Positions 27,022 through 36,385 of a stretch of DNA of 36,385 bases are shown one piece after another. The stretch lies in assembly GCA_040752415.1 (NCBI GenBank), contig JBFMGU010000097.1:1-36385 (forward strand), read 5' to 3'. The DNA comes from Myxococcota bacterium. GTDB taxonomy: Bacteria; Myxococcota; JACRCW01. Both the position numbers and the translations under genes were made by a program. Position 1 is the first letter of the stretch. Each line of letters starts with the position of its first letter. Under the pieces are notes generated by a model. The model worked only from the letters and a program-made list of their open reading frames with translations. It was not told the origin of the DNA and did not search any database.

Positions 27022-30000
27022 TCAGGCGCCCGCCGCCGGCGTTCCAAAGCGTGCGAACAGCGGCGGAATCACGAACAGGTTGAGCAGGGTTGAGCTGGTG
27101 AGACCGCCGAGGATGACGGCGGCCATCGGCGCCTGGATCTCATTGCCCGGTTCACCCGTGGCCAGCACGACGGGAATGAGCGCGAGCGCGGCGGTCAACG
27201 CCGTCATCAGGATCGGCACCAGGCGGTCGACACTTCCCTGCAGCACCGCTTGCGACATCGGCACGCGTTCAACGGAGAGCAGTTGCCGATAGTGGGTGAC
27301 CAGCATGATGCCGTTGCGCGTGGCGATGCCGAAGAGCGTGATGAACCCCACCAGCGACGCAACACTGAGGATGCCGCCACCCAGCGCCACCGCCGCGGCA
27401 CCGCCAACAAGCGCGAGAGGCAGGTTGAACATCACCAGCGCCGCGTCCCGCGCCGACCGGAACGCAAGCAGCAGGAGAAACGCCATGCCCAGGATCGCCA
27501 CCAGCGACAGAATGAAGATCGCGCGGCTGGCGCGCGCCTCACTCTCGAACTCCCCGCCAAGAACCAGGTGGTACCCGGACGGCAGCTTCACGGACTTGTG
27601 CACCGCGGCGAGGATCTCCTGGGCGGCACCACGCACGTCGCGGCCGGAGACATTGGCCGTCACCAGGATGCGTCGTTGCACGTTCTCCCGGTTGATGAGG
27701 TTGGGACCCAGGGTCTTGTCGACGCGGGCGACGCTGGAAAGCTCGGCGAACCGCCGGCCGTCGACGTCGATGGGCGTGGAGCCGAGCAGCTCGCCGTCCG
27801 CGTGGTAGGCGGGAGGAAGCCTCAACACGAGATCATACGTGCGCTGTCCCTCCCGCCAGGTCCCCACGGCGCGTCCCGAGAACGCGATCTCGACGTAGCG
27901 GGCCAGGTGACCCGGCGTCATGCCGAACGCCATCAGCTCCGTCTCCTTGGGACGCACGATGAGCTGCGGAATCTCGGAAACCTGCTCCACGTTGATGTCC
28001 ACGAGGCCAGGTATCCCCTTCATGATCCCCTCTCCCTGACGAGCGAGGACGCGCAGCTGGTCCAGGTCATCACCGAAGAACTTCAGGGCAATGCTGGCGC
28101 GAACGCCGCTGACCAGGTGCTCAATGCGATGGCTGATGGGCTGTCCCACTGTCACGGCGAGCCCGGGGATCTCCGCCGCGCGCTTCCGGATGTCGACGAG
28201 AATCTCCTCGCGGTCCCCCTTGCCCAGGTCCAGGCCCACCTCCAGCTCGGAGAAGTTGACGTCCAGGGCGTGCTCGTCCCGTTCCGCGCGCCCGGTGCTG
28301 CGAATGACGGAGGTGACCGCGGGATGGCTCAGCAGGAACCGCTCCAGGCGCCCCACGATCTCCTCGGACATGACAAGCGAGGTTCCCGGTGCCGTGGCCG
28401 CGGCGATGTTCAAGGAGCCCTCATTGAACTCCGGGAGGAAGCCGCGACCGAACGAGCCAAGCGCCACCATGGCACCCATGGCTCCGACGGCAGACAGCAA
28501 CCCCAACGGGACGGCGTACCGCATGAGGCGCTGCAAGATGGCGCCGTAGGCGGCTTTCAGACCCCGAACGAACCGCCACTCCTCCGTCACGTGATGCTCG
28601 CGCTGGCCGCCAAGCATGAGCATGCAGAGGACCGGCGTGATGGTGAGCGCCACGAGCAGCGACGCGCCAATGCTGGTGACGTAGGCAATCCCCAGCGGGC
28701 GCAGCAGCCGGCCCTCCATCCCGCTGAGAAAGAACAGCGGTGCAAAGACCAGGAGGATGATGGCCGTGGCGTAGACCACCGAGCTGCGGATCTCGCGGGA
28801 AGCGTCGAACACCACGTCGAACACCGGCCGCCGCTGCTCCGGCGGCAGGCGGAAGTTCTCCCGCAGCCGGCGGTGCACGTTCTCCACGTCGATGATGGCG
28901 TCATCCACGAGCTCACCGATGGCGATGGCGAAACCACCCAACGTCATGGTGTTGATGGATGCGCCCAACCAGCGCAGCACCAGCACACCCGCGAGCAGGC
29001 TGAGCGGCAGCGCCACCAGGGAGATGAAGGTGGTGCGCCAGCTCAACAGGAACAGAGCGAGGATGATGGTCACCAGGATGGCGCCGTCGCGCAGCACCGT
29101 GGCGACGTTGTCGATGGCGACCCGGATGAAATCCGCCTGCCGGAAGCCCTTGCGGTACAGCGCCATGCCTGCGGGAAGAGAGTGCGCCAGGTCGGACAGG
29201 ACCTCGTCGACACGCGCGGTCAGCTCCAGGGTGTTGGCCTGCGGCTGCTTCTGGACCTTCATCACCACGGCAGGCTGCCCGTCCACCGCTGCCGCGCCGC
29301 GACGGATCGTCTCGCCCACCTGGACCGTGGCCACGTTCTCCAGGAGCAGCGGCACACCCTCGCGCTCGTCGACAACGATGCGGCCAAGCGCTTCCAGCGA
29401 GGGCACCCGCCCGATGGCGCGGATGAGGTACTCCTGCGCTCCCGCCGCGTAGAAACCGCCCGGCGTGTTCTCGAGGGCCTCACGCAGCACCTGCTCGACC
29501 TGCCCCACGCCGACGCCGTGCTGCATCAGCCGGTGCGGATCCAGCACGACGTGGATCTGCTTCACATCCCCGCCAATGGGCACCACCTGCGCGATTCCCG
29601 GCACCCCCAACAGGCGACGACGCACAACCCATTCCGCCGCGTCGCGCAGCTCCCTGGAGCTGACACCTTCCCGCCCGGTGAGGCCCACGAACATGATCTC
29701 ACCCATGATGGACGACATAGGCGCCATCACGGGCTCGACGCTGGCCGGCAGGGATGAGCGCGCGGCGCTGAGCTTCTCGCTCACGACCTGACGCGCCACC
29801 AGCGGCGGAACGTCCCACTCGAATTCCACCCAGATGAGCGAGATGCCAATGGCCGACGACGAGCGGAGCCGGCGCACGCCGGATGACCCGTTGAGCGCCT
29901 GCTCCAGCGGAACGGTCACCAGCTGCTCGACCTCCTCCGGCGCCATGCCGCTGGCCTCCGTGACCACGGTGACCGAAGGCGCGGAGAGGTCGGGCAGCAC

Positions 30001-30111
30001 GTCCACCGGCATGTCCGCGGTGACGTACACGCCCCCGCCGAGAACCATCAGCGCCAGGACCACCACCGGCCAGGGGTAGCGCAAGGAGGTGCGGATGACG
30101 GCGTCAAACAT
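27022..30111 (-). CDS. CusA/CzcA family heavy-metal efflux RND permease
   Basis: DVLPDLS, PEEVEQLVT.PLE, TM4 AIAIGELVDDAIIDVEN, FLPEFNEG, GFITLFGIATRNG, R..PILMTALT. Confidence 0.95.
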   Translation of the reverse strand: MFDAVIRTSLRYPWPVVVLALMVLGGGVYVTADMPVDVLPDLSAPSVTVVTEASGMAPEEVEQLVTVPLEQALNGSSGVRRLRSSSAIGISLIWVEFEWDVPPLVARQVVSEKLSAARSSLPASVEPVMAPMSSIMGEIMFVGLTGREGVSSRELRDAAEWVVRRRLLGVPGIAQVVPIGGDVKQIHVVLDPHRLMQHGVGVGQVEQVLREALENTPGGFYAAGAQEYLIRAIGRVPSLEALGRIVVDEREGVPLLLENVATVQVGETIRRGAAAVDGQPAVVMKVQKQPQANTLELTARVDEVLSDLAHSLPAGMALYRKGFRQADFIRVAIDNVATVLRDGAILVTIILALFLLSWRTTFISLVALPLSLLAGVLVLRWLGASINTMTLGGFAIAIGELVDDAIIDVENVHRRLRENFRLPPEQRRPVFDVVFDASREIRSSVVYATAIILLVFAPLFFLSGMEGRLLRPLGIAYVTSIGASLLVALTITPVLCMLMLGGQREHHVTEEWRFVRGLKAAYGAILQRLMRYAVPLGLLSAVGAMGAMVALGSFGRGFLPEFNEGSLNIAAATAPGTSLVMSEEIVGRLERFLLSHPAVTSVIRSTGRAERDEHALDVNFSELEVGLDLGKGDREEILVDIRKRAAEIPGLAVTVGQPISHRIEHLVSGVRASIALKFFGDDLDQLRVLARQGEGIMKGIPGLVDINVEQVSEIPQLIVRPKETELMAFGMTPGHLARYVEIAFSGRAVGTWREGQRTYDLVLRLPPAYHADGELLGSTPIDVDGRRFAELSSVARVDKTLGPNLINRENVQRRILVTANVSGRDVRGAAQEILAAVHKSVKLPSGYHLVLGGEFESEARASRAIFILSLVAILGMAFLLLLAFRSARDAALVMFNLPLALVGGAAAVALGGGILSVASLVGFITLFGIATRNGIMLVTHYRQLLSVERVPMSQAVLQGSVDRLVPILMTALTAALALIPVVLATGEPGNEIQAPMAAVILGGLTSSTLLNLFVIPPLFARFGTPAAGA

Positions 30112-30127
30112 GGATCCTCGACGAGGC

Positions 30128-31702
30128 TCAATGCCGGTGGGATTCAACGGTCCCCATGAGCGCGTTGAGATGGATGTCAAACCCACCCCGGGTCACTACG
30201 CGCTCCCCCGCCGCAATGCCCGACGTCACCTGGACCCAGTCCCCGTCCCTGCGTCCCAGCGTGACCAGCCGCTTCTCGAACGACTCACCCCCGGTCTGCA
30301 CGAACACGTAGGGTCGCGCGTTGATCTCCACGACGGCACCGCGCGGCACCGCGAGCGCTCGCTGCGGCTCACCCACCTGGAGCAACGCGACCACGTTGGA
30401 GCCCGTGCGCAGCGGAGGAATCCCCGTCGTGGCGGCAGCCTTGCTGCCCCGGGGCGGCTGCACGGCAATGATCCACGTGGCGATGCGGGTTGCCGGGTCG
30501 ATGGTTGGGAGCGGTGAGACCAGACTGGCCACGTTCTCATCCAGCTCCACGCGTTGTCCGTCGGGGAGTCGCACGGCGGCGGGTCGGGCTCCCTCATAGG
30601 ACGCGCTGGGCGGGGGAAAGAAACGCGCGCGCAGCCAAAGCCGGTCCGTTCCGCTCAGGCGCATCAACGGCGTCCCCACGTCGACCGCGTCTCCGTTGCG
30701 CACCAGGACCTGCGAGATGATGCCGTCCATGCCGGCCTTCACCGGCACGCCCCCCTGCTGCGACGGCGCAACCACGCGCTCCAGCCTGGCCTGCGTCTCC
30801 GTCACGCGCACCGCCTGCAACTCGGCACGGTTCTTCAGGTCGATGAGATCCCTGGGCGGGCGAAGTCCCTCCGACACCAACGGCGTGACCCGCTCAATCT
30901 CGCGGTGCAGCTGGGCTTGCTCGGTGCGGAGCTCCTCCAGGGTCTGTCGCAGCTTGCCGTAATCCTCGCCGGTGACGTTGGGAACCACGTGCCCCAGCGT
31001 GGTGCCGCGCGTCACCCACTGCCCTTCCGCCAACGCCACGGCCGCGTGCTGGAAGAACCTGCCGGCAACCGTGGTGCTGACGGTGACCTGGCCCGTCGAC
31101 GCGGACTCCACCGTGGCAGGCAGCTCCAGCTCGCGGGCCATCAGGCGCTCCTCAGCCCACGCGGTGCCGAAGGGAATCTTCCACTGTGATTCCTTGAGGA
31201 ACGTGATTGCCGACGAGGGCGCTTCCTCCTCGGCCGCCGGGGCCTGGTCCGAAATGGTCACCGGACCGCAGTCAAAGGCGTCGGTGATTCCTTCGTTCTC
31301 GTAGACCATCTCGACGGTGTACGTGCCCGGCCCCGGCGCCATGCCCTCCGGTGTGAAGATGCCGGGACGCGCAACACCGCTGATGGCCGCCTCCGCCGCC
31401 ACCTTGCCCTCACGCACGTAGCGGACCCGGAACGCGCCCTGGACCGCGGCCTTGAAACCTTCAAGGTGGGTGACGTGGGCGTGGTACCGCACCGGCTTGT
31501 TGGCGACGGGATGCGGAAACTCCACGAACAGCTCGTTGCGATCCGTCCAGCGCGTGAGGGCCAGCGTGGCGACGTCTTCCGCCTCGGCGTCATGCCCGTG
31601 CGCGTGGTCTTCGTGGGTGTGCCCATGACCCGGCTCACTCCGCGAGGGACAGCCCACCACGAGGAGAGCCACGCCGATGGCGAGAGCCCGCCGAGCCGTC
31701 AA
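30128..31702 (-). CDS. RND periplasmic adaptor (CzcB-like) lipoprotein with His-rich N-terminus; start uncertain (TTG 31702 or ATG 31759)
   Basis: LLVVGC lipobox, HGHTHEDHAHGHD, ELFVEF, lipoyl/coiled-coil MFP, VFVQTGGESFEKR.V.LG, GERVVTRG. Confidence 0.88.
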   Translation of the reverse strand: MTARRALAIGVALLVVGCPSRSEPGHGHTHEDHAHGHDAEAEDVATLALTRWTDRNELFVEFPHPVANKPVRYHAHVTHLEGFKAAVQGAFRVRYVREGKVAAEAAISGVARPGIFTPEGMAPGPGTYTVEMVYENEGITDAFDCGPVTISDQAPAAEEEAPSSAITFLKESQWKIPFGTAWAEERLMARELELPATVESASTGQVTVSTTVAGRFFQHAAVALAEGQWVTRGTTLGHVVPNVTGEDYGKLRQTLEELRTEQAQLHREIERVTPLVSEGLRPPRDLIDLKNRAELQAVRVTETQARLERVVAPSQQGGVPVKAGMDGIISQVLVRNGDAVDVGTPLMRLSGTDRLWLRARFFPPPSASYEGARPAAVRLPDGQRVELDENVASLVSPLPTIDPATRIATWIIAVQPPRGSKAAATTGIPPLRTGSNVVALLQVGEPQRALAVPRGAVVEINARPYVFVQTGGESFEKRLVTLGRRDGDWVQVTSGIAAGERVVTRGGFDIHLNALMGTVESHRH

Positions 31703-31704
31703 CG

Positions 31705-31721
31705 TACTACATTGCGTCGTA
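31705..31721. promoter_or_regulatory. Putative BlaI/CopY-family operator
   Basis: TACTAC-attgc-GTCGTA dyad immediately upstream of the adaptor gene's TTG. Confidence 0.65.
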
Positions 31722-31765
31722 GTTGGAGGGATGGGACCGGCGCGCAGGATGCGTTGCATGCGCGG

Positions 31766-32773
31766 TCACCGCACACGGAAAGCGAGCCCAAGGGCGCTTT
31801 CCACGACGTGATGGGTGTGCTCCCCGGGCAGGAACGCCATCAGGACGCCCAGGACGAGGAGCACCGTTGCAGCGAGCACAAGGTCATTCACGCCGCGCGC
31901 GGGCGGAACGGTGTTGTCCAGGAGCGCGCGCACCCGCAGCTCCAGGTCCGACGACGTGGAAACGGCCACGGTTGCGGCGGGAAGTGCACACGACGTTGCC
32001 TGCGAACGGAACCGCTCCACCGCGAGAAGAGCCGCCGCAACCAGGGTGCCATCCTCCAGACGCCGCGCGGCGTGGGCGTCGCAATCCAACTCAGCCGCGG
32101 TCCGCCACCGCGCCGTCAGCGCCTGCGCTCCCGGCCAGGGACAGATGGCTTCCCAGGAGCGCAGCACCAGCATGGTCAGCGGGTCGCGACGTCGGGCGTG
32201 GCGTTCCTCGTGCAGAACAACCGCCCGCAGCTCCGTGGAGGTCAGCGTCTCCGCGAGGCGGCGGTCGATGACGATGACCGGCCTCAGCAGCCCCACCGTC
32301 ACCGCCCCGAACGCGCCACACTCCCCGAGTCGAAACTCCGTGCCGGCCAACCGCTGCCGCGGCATCCGGACCACTTCCCTTCGCCAGGCGACCGTGGCGG
32401 CGACGTCCCGCAACAGCGACGCAACCCTGGGCGCAACGAACAACGCCCACACCACCACGAAGAAGAACGCCGGCGCGGTGAGCGGCAACGCGAGCGCCGG
32501 GTGCACCGGGCAGAGATGCGGGTGGTGAAGGCCATGCTCCACGCAGTGGCATCCCGAGATGAGACCGGGAGTGAGCAGTGCCAAGCACACCAGCGCGGCC
32601 GCCATGAAGGGTGCGAGCGCCACCACGACGAGGGCGCCGGTTGAGCGCCCCGCCCACTGGAGGGACGTTCCGCGTGGCACCAGACTGCCGGCGAATGCCG
32701 CGACAGCGGCGACGATTGCGGCCACCGCAAGGAAGACCCCCACCACGGAAACCAGCAGGGTCACGCCGCTCAC
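31766..32773 (-). CDS. M56 (BlaR1/MecR1-like) membrane metallopeptidase, no penicillin-binding domain
   Basis: TM helices, GLLRPVIVI, ELRAVVLHEERH (HExxH)…RRDPL, ELDCD; overlaps the repressor stop (GTGA). Confidence 0.88.
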   Translation of the reverse strand: MSGVTLLVSVVGVFLAVAAIVAAVAAFAGSLVPRGTSLQWAGRSTGALVVVALAPFMAAALVCLALLTPGLISGCHCVEHGLHHPHLCPVHPALALPLTAPAFFFVVVWALFVAPRVASLLRDVAATVAWRREVVRMPRQRLAGTEFRLGECGAFGAVTVGLLRPVIVIDRRLAETLTSTELRAVVLHEERHARRRDPLTMLVLRSWEAICPWPGAQALTARWRTAAELDCDAHAARRLEDGTLVAAALLAVERFRSQATSCALPAATVAVSTSSDLELRVRALLDNTVPPARGVNDLVLAATVLLVLGVLMAFLPGEHTHHVVESALGLAFRVR

Positions 32774-33168
32774 TCGTCACGTCCCTTCCGTTGGGCAATC
32801 AGCTCCGACAGGCGCTCGACGAGCTGGGGATCCACCTTCTCGGCTGAATCCAGGAACGCGAGGAGGACGCCGGTGCTGGGTGGCTCCTTGCCCGAGGTCA
32901 GCATGTGGGCCGCGCTGCCGCCCATCCATTCTTCCCGGGTCAGGCGTGCGCAGTACACAAAAGCCTTCCCATCCTTGACCCGCTCCACCAGGCCCTTGGC
33001 ATGCAGCCGGTCCAGGACGGTGAGCACCGTGGTGTACGCGAGCGCGGGCTTCCGGCGGATGGCCGCGTGGACATCCCGGACCGAGAGCGGCCCGTACGAC
33101 CACAACACGGTCATCACCTCGGTCTCGAGATCACCCAGCAGCCTGGGAGGCGCAACGGACATGCCCAT
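32770..33168 (-). CDS. BlaI/MecI/CopY family transcriptional repressor
   Basis: LGDLETEVMTVLW…SVRDV…LAYTTVLTVLDRLHAKGLVER.K.GKAFVY. Confidence 0.93.
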   Translation of the reverse strand: MGMSVAPPRLLGDLETEVMTVLWSYGPLSVRDVHAAIRRKPALAYTTVLTVLDRLHAKGLVERVKDGKAFVYCARLTREEWMGGSAAHMLTSGKEPPSTGVLLAFLDSAEKVDPQLVERLSELIAQRKGRDE

Positions 33169-33169
33169 C

Positions 33170-33240
33170 AACTACTACGCGTAGTAATCCAATGCAAGTG
33201 CCACCAAGCAGGTTGACATCTACTACAGCGCGTCGTTAAT
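33170..33240. promoter_or_regulatory. Divergent promoter region with two putative repressor operators
   Basis: AACTAC-tacgc-GTAGTA (33170-33186); TACTAC-agcgc-GTCGTT (33221-33237) lies between TTGACA (33213-33218) and GTTAAT (33235-33240). Confidence 0.7.
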
Positions 33241-33273
33241 GCGCGTGCGCCACGGCATACGGCGGAGCTCTCC

Positions 33274-34554
33274 ATGGTTGGCACCCGGCGAAACCTCCTG
33301 TTGCTCTGCGCGCTGACGTCGACGGCGCTGGCGGTGGAACCGCTGACCCTGGAGTCCACGCTTGCCGCGGCGCGCCGGCGCGCCCCTGCGGTCCTGGCCG
33401 CGGACACCGCGTTGCGGGCGGAGCGGGCCAGTCGCGTTGGCGCCACGCCCTTGTTCGGGCAGAACCCCACCATTGAAGCAGGGACGGGCCTGGTGGTGCA
33501 GCCCCAGACGGACCGCGTGGGTGTGACCCCGCTCGTCAGTCCCATGCCCAGCCCGGGGCGCATCGCGGACACCCGCCTTGGTCCCTCGGGGTGGGTCCAG
33601 GTCTCGGTGCCCGTGGAGATTGCCGGGCAGCGCTGGCGTCGCGTGGCCGCCGTGGATGCGCGCATCCAGGCCCGTGTTGCGGAGCGAGAGGAGGTGCTGC
33701 GTCAGGCGCTCCTGGTGGCCGGTAATGCGTTCTACCGGGCTGTTCACGCCGGGAAGGTCGTGGAGTTGGCCGAGGATTCGGTTGCGCTGAACATGCGCCT
33801 GGTTGACGCCTCCCGACGGATGGCCGCCGCCGGCGACATTGCCGCCCTCGACGCAACGCTCGCGGAACTGGAGTTGGCCACGGCGCAACAGGCGCGAACG
33901 GCCGCGGAGGGGTCGCGACGACTGGTCATGGCGGAGCTGGCGTCGTTGCTGGCCCTGGAGCGGGCCGAGGTGGGCGCGGTGCAGGATTCGCTCACACGCA
34001 CCGACCCTCTCCCAACGATGGACGACGCGCTGCGAGGCGCAGCAGAACGTCCCGACGTGCGCGCCCTCCTGGCGGAGAAGCGCGCTGCGCAGCAGGAGGC
34101 CCACGTGGCCGCGGCCGGCGCCTTCCCCACGCCGCGAGTCAAAGGCAGCTACCAGTACTGGAACAGCGAGCAATCCGTCATGGCCTGGCTGGAGGTGCCC
34201 ATTCCCGTCTTTGAACGGGGTCAGGGTGAGGAGGCGCGCGCCCGCGCCCGTGCCGCGGGGCTGCAGGCGGAGATCGACGCGGCGACGCGATCCGCGCGAG
34301 CGGAGATTGAGCACGCCCATGGTGCGGCAACGGAGCTGGCGCAGACCCGGGCGCAGCTCCAGTCCCTCCAGGCGGAGACGGCGCGGCTGCTCGCCGACCT
34401 GGAGCATCGGTACAACGAGCGCACGATCGACCTGAACACGGTTCTCACGGTTCAACGCCGCGTCATCCAGGCCCGGCGAGATGCGCTCGACGCGGCCTTG
34501 CAGGAGATGTTGGTGCGACTGTGGCTGGATGCCGCCACGGGCGTCCTGCGCTAG
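33274..34554 (+). CDS. TolC/CzcC family outer-membrane efflux protein
   Basis: Signal peptide, PLTLE, NP.I, VPVEIAGQR, RPDVRA, FP.P, VPIPVFERGQGE; divergent from the czcBA-like genes. Confidence 0.88.
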   Translation: MVGTRRNLLLLCALTSTALAVEPLTLESTLAAARRRAPAVLAADTALRAERASRVGATPLFGQNPTIEAGTGLVVQPQTDRVGVTPLVSPMPSPGRIADTRLGPSGWVQVSVPVEIAGQRWRRVAAVDARIQARVAEREEVLRQALLVAGNAFYRAVHAGKVVELAEDSVALNMRLVDASRRMAAAGDIAALDATLAELELATAQQARTAAEGSRRLVMAELASLLALERAEVGAVQDSLTRTDPLPTMDDALRGAAERPDVRALLAEKRAAQQEAHVAAAGAFPTPRVKGSYQYWNSEQSVMAWLEVPIPVFERGQGEEARARARAAGLQAEIDAATRSARAEIEHAHGAATELAQTRAQLQSLQAETARLLADLEHRYNERTIDLNTVLTVQRRVIQARRDALDAALQEMLVRLWLDAATGVLR

Positions 34555-34694
34555 CGGGTACGTGTGCCTTTTGCCATCCGGGACCGAAGGGCGTGCAAGA
34601 ACACCTTGCGCACCTGGCACCGGGCCCCTATCTGCCAGTCACCACCCCAACCCGGAAAGGCCACGTCCGACGCCAACCGGACGCGGATTCCCCC

Positions 34695-36020
34695 TTGCTG
34701 AACGAGCTGCTCATCATCGTCGCGCTCATCCTCGCCAACGGCGTCTTCTCCGGCGCGGAGATCGCCATCATCTCGCTGCGGAAGTCACGGATGGCGGCGT
34801 TGTTGGAGGAAGGTCGACGCGGCGCGCGGGCCGTGGAGCGTCTCCGCACCCAGCCGGAGAGCTTCCTGGCCACTGTCCAGGTGGGCATCACCGTCGTGGG
34901 AGCAACGGCTGCCGCGTTTGGTGGCGCCACCCTGGCGGCGCGGCTCACGCCCCTGTTGACGCCAGTCCTGGGCAAGAACGCGGAAGAGGTCTCGTTTGCC
35001 ATTGTCGTCGCGCTCGTCTCATACCTCTCCTTGATCCTTGGCGAGCTGGTGCCGAAGTCGCTGGCGCTGCGCAGCGGCGAGGCCTACGCCCTCCTCATTG
35101 GCCAACCGCTGCTCTGGCTCTCCACCCTGGCGCGTCCAGTGGTGTGGCTGCTCACGGGAAGCTCCAACCTCGTCCTGCGACTCTTTGGCGACCGCACCAG
35201 CTTCACCGAAGCGCTCATGTCGCGCGAGGAGGTGCAGCACGTGGTGGAGGAAGCCGGTGAGAGCGGCTCCATTGATGTGAAGAGCAGTGAGATGGCATCC
35301 CGCGCACTGGAGCTGGTCACGCTCACCGCAGCCGACGTCATGGTTCCCAGGCCGGAGGTGGTCTCGCTGGCCCGCACCGCCAGCCTCGCCGAAGTGCGGC
35401 ACGCGCTCGTCGAGCGGGGCCACAGCCGCGTGCCGGTCCACAGCGGGAATCCCGACGACGTGGTGGGCTACCTGTCCAGCAAGGACGTGCTCAAGCTGCT
35501 CTCAGACGGTCAGCCCGTGGTGGTGGCCAACCTGGTCCGGCCGGCATACTTCGTCCCGCTGACCATGTCCGCGTCCAACCTCCTCAAGGAGATGCAGCAG
35601 CGCAAGGTGCAGATTGCCATTGTCGTGGATGAATTGGGCTCGATGTCCGGGCTTGTCACCATGGAGGACCTCGTCGAGGAGGTGGTGGGCGACATCTTCA
35701 ACGAACACGACGTGCCCGACGCGGAGGGCTGCCGGGCCATGCCGGATGGGTCGTTCCTGGTCCGCGGCAGCGCGCTCATCCGCGACGTCAACCGCCGCCT
35801 GGGCATCGAACTCCCGGAGGGCGAGACGTGGAGCACGGTGGCGGGACTGTGCCTGGCACGCGTGGGCGCCATCCCCGCCGCGGGCACCACCGTCACCGAG
35901 GGAGACGTGAAGCTGACCGTGGAGGAAGCCACCGCGCACCGCGTGCGCACCGTCCGCATCACGCTGCCAAACGGCCCCCGGCCCCGGGACGACGCCAACC
36001 TTGCCGGCGAACGGAGATAA
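34695..36020 (+). CDS. CNNM/DUF21-CBS-CorC ('hemolysin family') membrane protein
   Basis: NGVFSGAEIAIISLR, FLATVQVGIT, GELVPKSLA, VMVPR, HSRVPV, VVDELG…TMEDLVEEVVGDI, CorC_HlyC tail. TTG start inferred. Confidence 0.9.
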   Translation: MLNELLIIVALILANGVFSGAEIAIISLRKSRMAALLEEGRRGARAVERLRTQPESFLATVQVGITVVGATAAAFGGATLAARLTPLLTPVLGKNAEEVSFAIVVALVSYLSLILGELVPKSLALRSGEAYALLIGQPLLWLSTLARPVVWLLTGSSNLVLRLFGDRTSFTEALMSREEVQHVVEEAGESGSIDVKSSEMASRALELVTLTAADVMVPRPEVVSLARTASLAEVRHALVERGHSRVPVHSGNPDDVVGYLSSKDVLKLLSDGQPVVVANLVRPAYFVPLTMSASNLLKEMQQRKVQIAIVVDELGSMSGLVTMEDLVEEVVGDIFNEHDVPDAEGCRAMPDGSFLVRGSALIRDVNRRLGIELPEGETWSTVAGLCLARVGAIPAAGTTVTEGDVKLTVEEATAHRVRTVRITLPNGPRPRDDANLAGERR

Positions 36021-36092
36021 GCGCGGGGAGCGATGAGACCCGCCCGGGGCAAGCGTTGACGCGAGCATGACCGCCGTGGTCAACCTCACCGC

Positions 36093-36385
36093 ATGGTGAG
36101 CTGGCTCCCGGCGATGCTCGCACTCGCTGGCGCCGTGTCCCCGGCGTCGGCCGATTCCGGGTCGCTACGCAGCATCAAAAGGGCCCTCGTCCTCCCGGTG
36201 GTGGTCAAAGCCGGTGTGCCAGCGGACCTTGGGGAACTCACCACTCGCCTGGTGGTCGCGGAACTGAAGCGGGTGGATGGACTGGAGGTGGTCGCCTACG
36301 CGGACATCCAGAGCACGTTGAGCGTTGAGCAGCAGAAGCAGGTCGCGGGCTGCGATGACGCCAGCTGCGCCGCGGAGATCGCCGG
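36093..36385 (+). CDS. Exported hypothetical protein, 3' end outside window
   Basis: Open frame MVSWLPAMLALAGAVSP…EQQKQVAGCDDASCAAEIA; signal peptide plus a GC-x4-C-xAEI motif of the kind I recall from myxobacterial secreted proteins. Confidence 0.7.
   Translation, partial: MVSWLPAMLALAGAVSPASADSGSLRSIKRALVLPVVVKAGVPADLGELTTRLVVAELKRVDGLEVVAYADIQSTLSVEQQKQVAGCDDASCAAEIA

Noticed and set aside
31766..33168. Beta-lactam resistance regulator
   Set aside because: No penicillin-binding sensor domain and no beta-lactamase nearby; the context is metal efflux.
34695..36020. Hemolysin/toxin
   Set aside because: 'Hemolysin family' is a legacy label; the motifs indicate a CNNM/CorC-type divalent-cation protein.
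1..36385. tRNA, rRNA, prophage or integrase
   Set aside because: None recognised by eye; a covariance-model scan was not possible.

Overview
High-GC, Myxococcota-like chromosomal window (inferred from gene content). The left ~6 kb is accessory. It holds a 21-bp tandem array with an inverted arm, an unknown helical-protein gene split by a complete IS3-family element (1071-2331, GTG target duplication), and a translationally coupled pair: a P-loop ATPase and a NACHT-like NTPase with an unusual N-terminal 'APDLFHWR' domain (candidate conflict/defence module). The middle (~6-27 kb) has a signalling trio (hybrid kinase, receiver, GAF), mevalonate genes split into two oppositely oriented pairs (mvaA-mvk and mvaD-PMK), a LonC-type protease, FHA proteins, an M23 peptidase, a ThrB-like protein lacking its catalytic residues, an MshEN protein, a GH3-HAD pair and two copies of a ~90-120 bp palindromic intergenic element. 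The right ~9 kb is a heavy-metal RND efflux locus (CzcA/B/C-like plus a CNNM/CBS protein) with a BlaI/CopY repressor and a Cys/His-rich M56 peptidase; three matching operator boxes are visible. All calls come from motif recognition by eye; no database searches were run.
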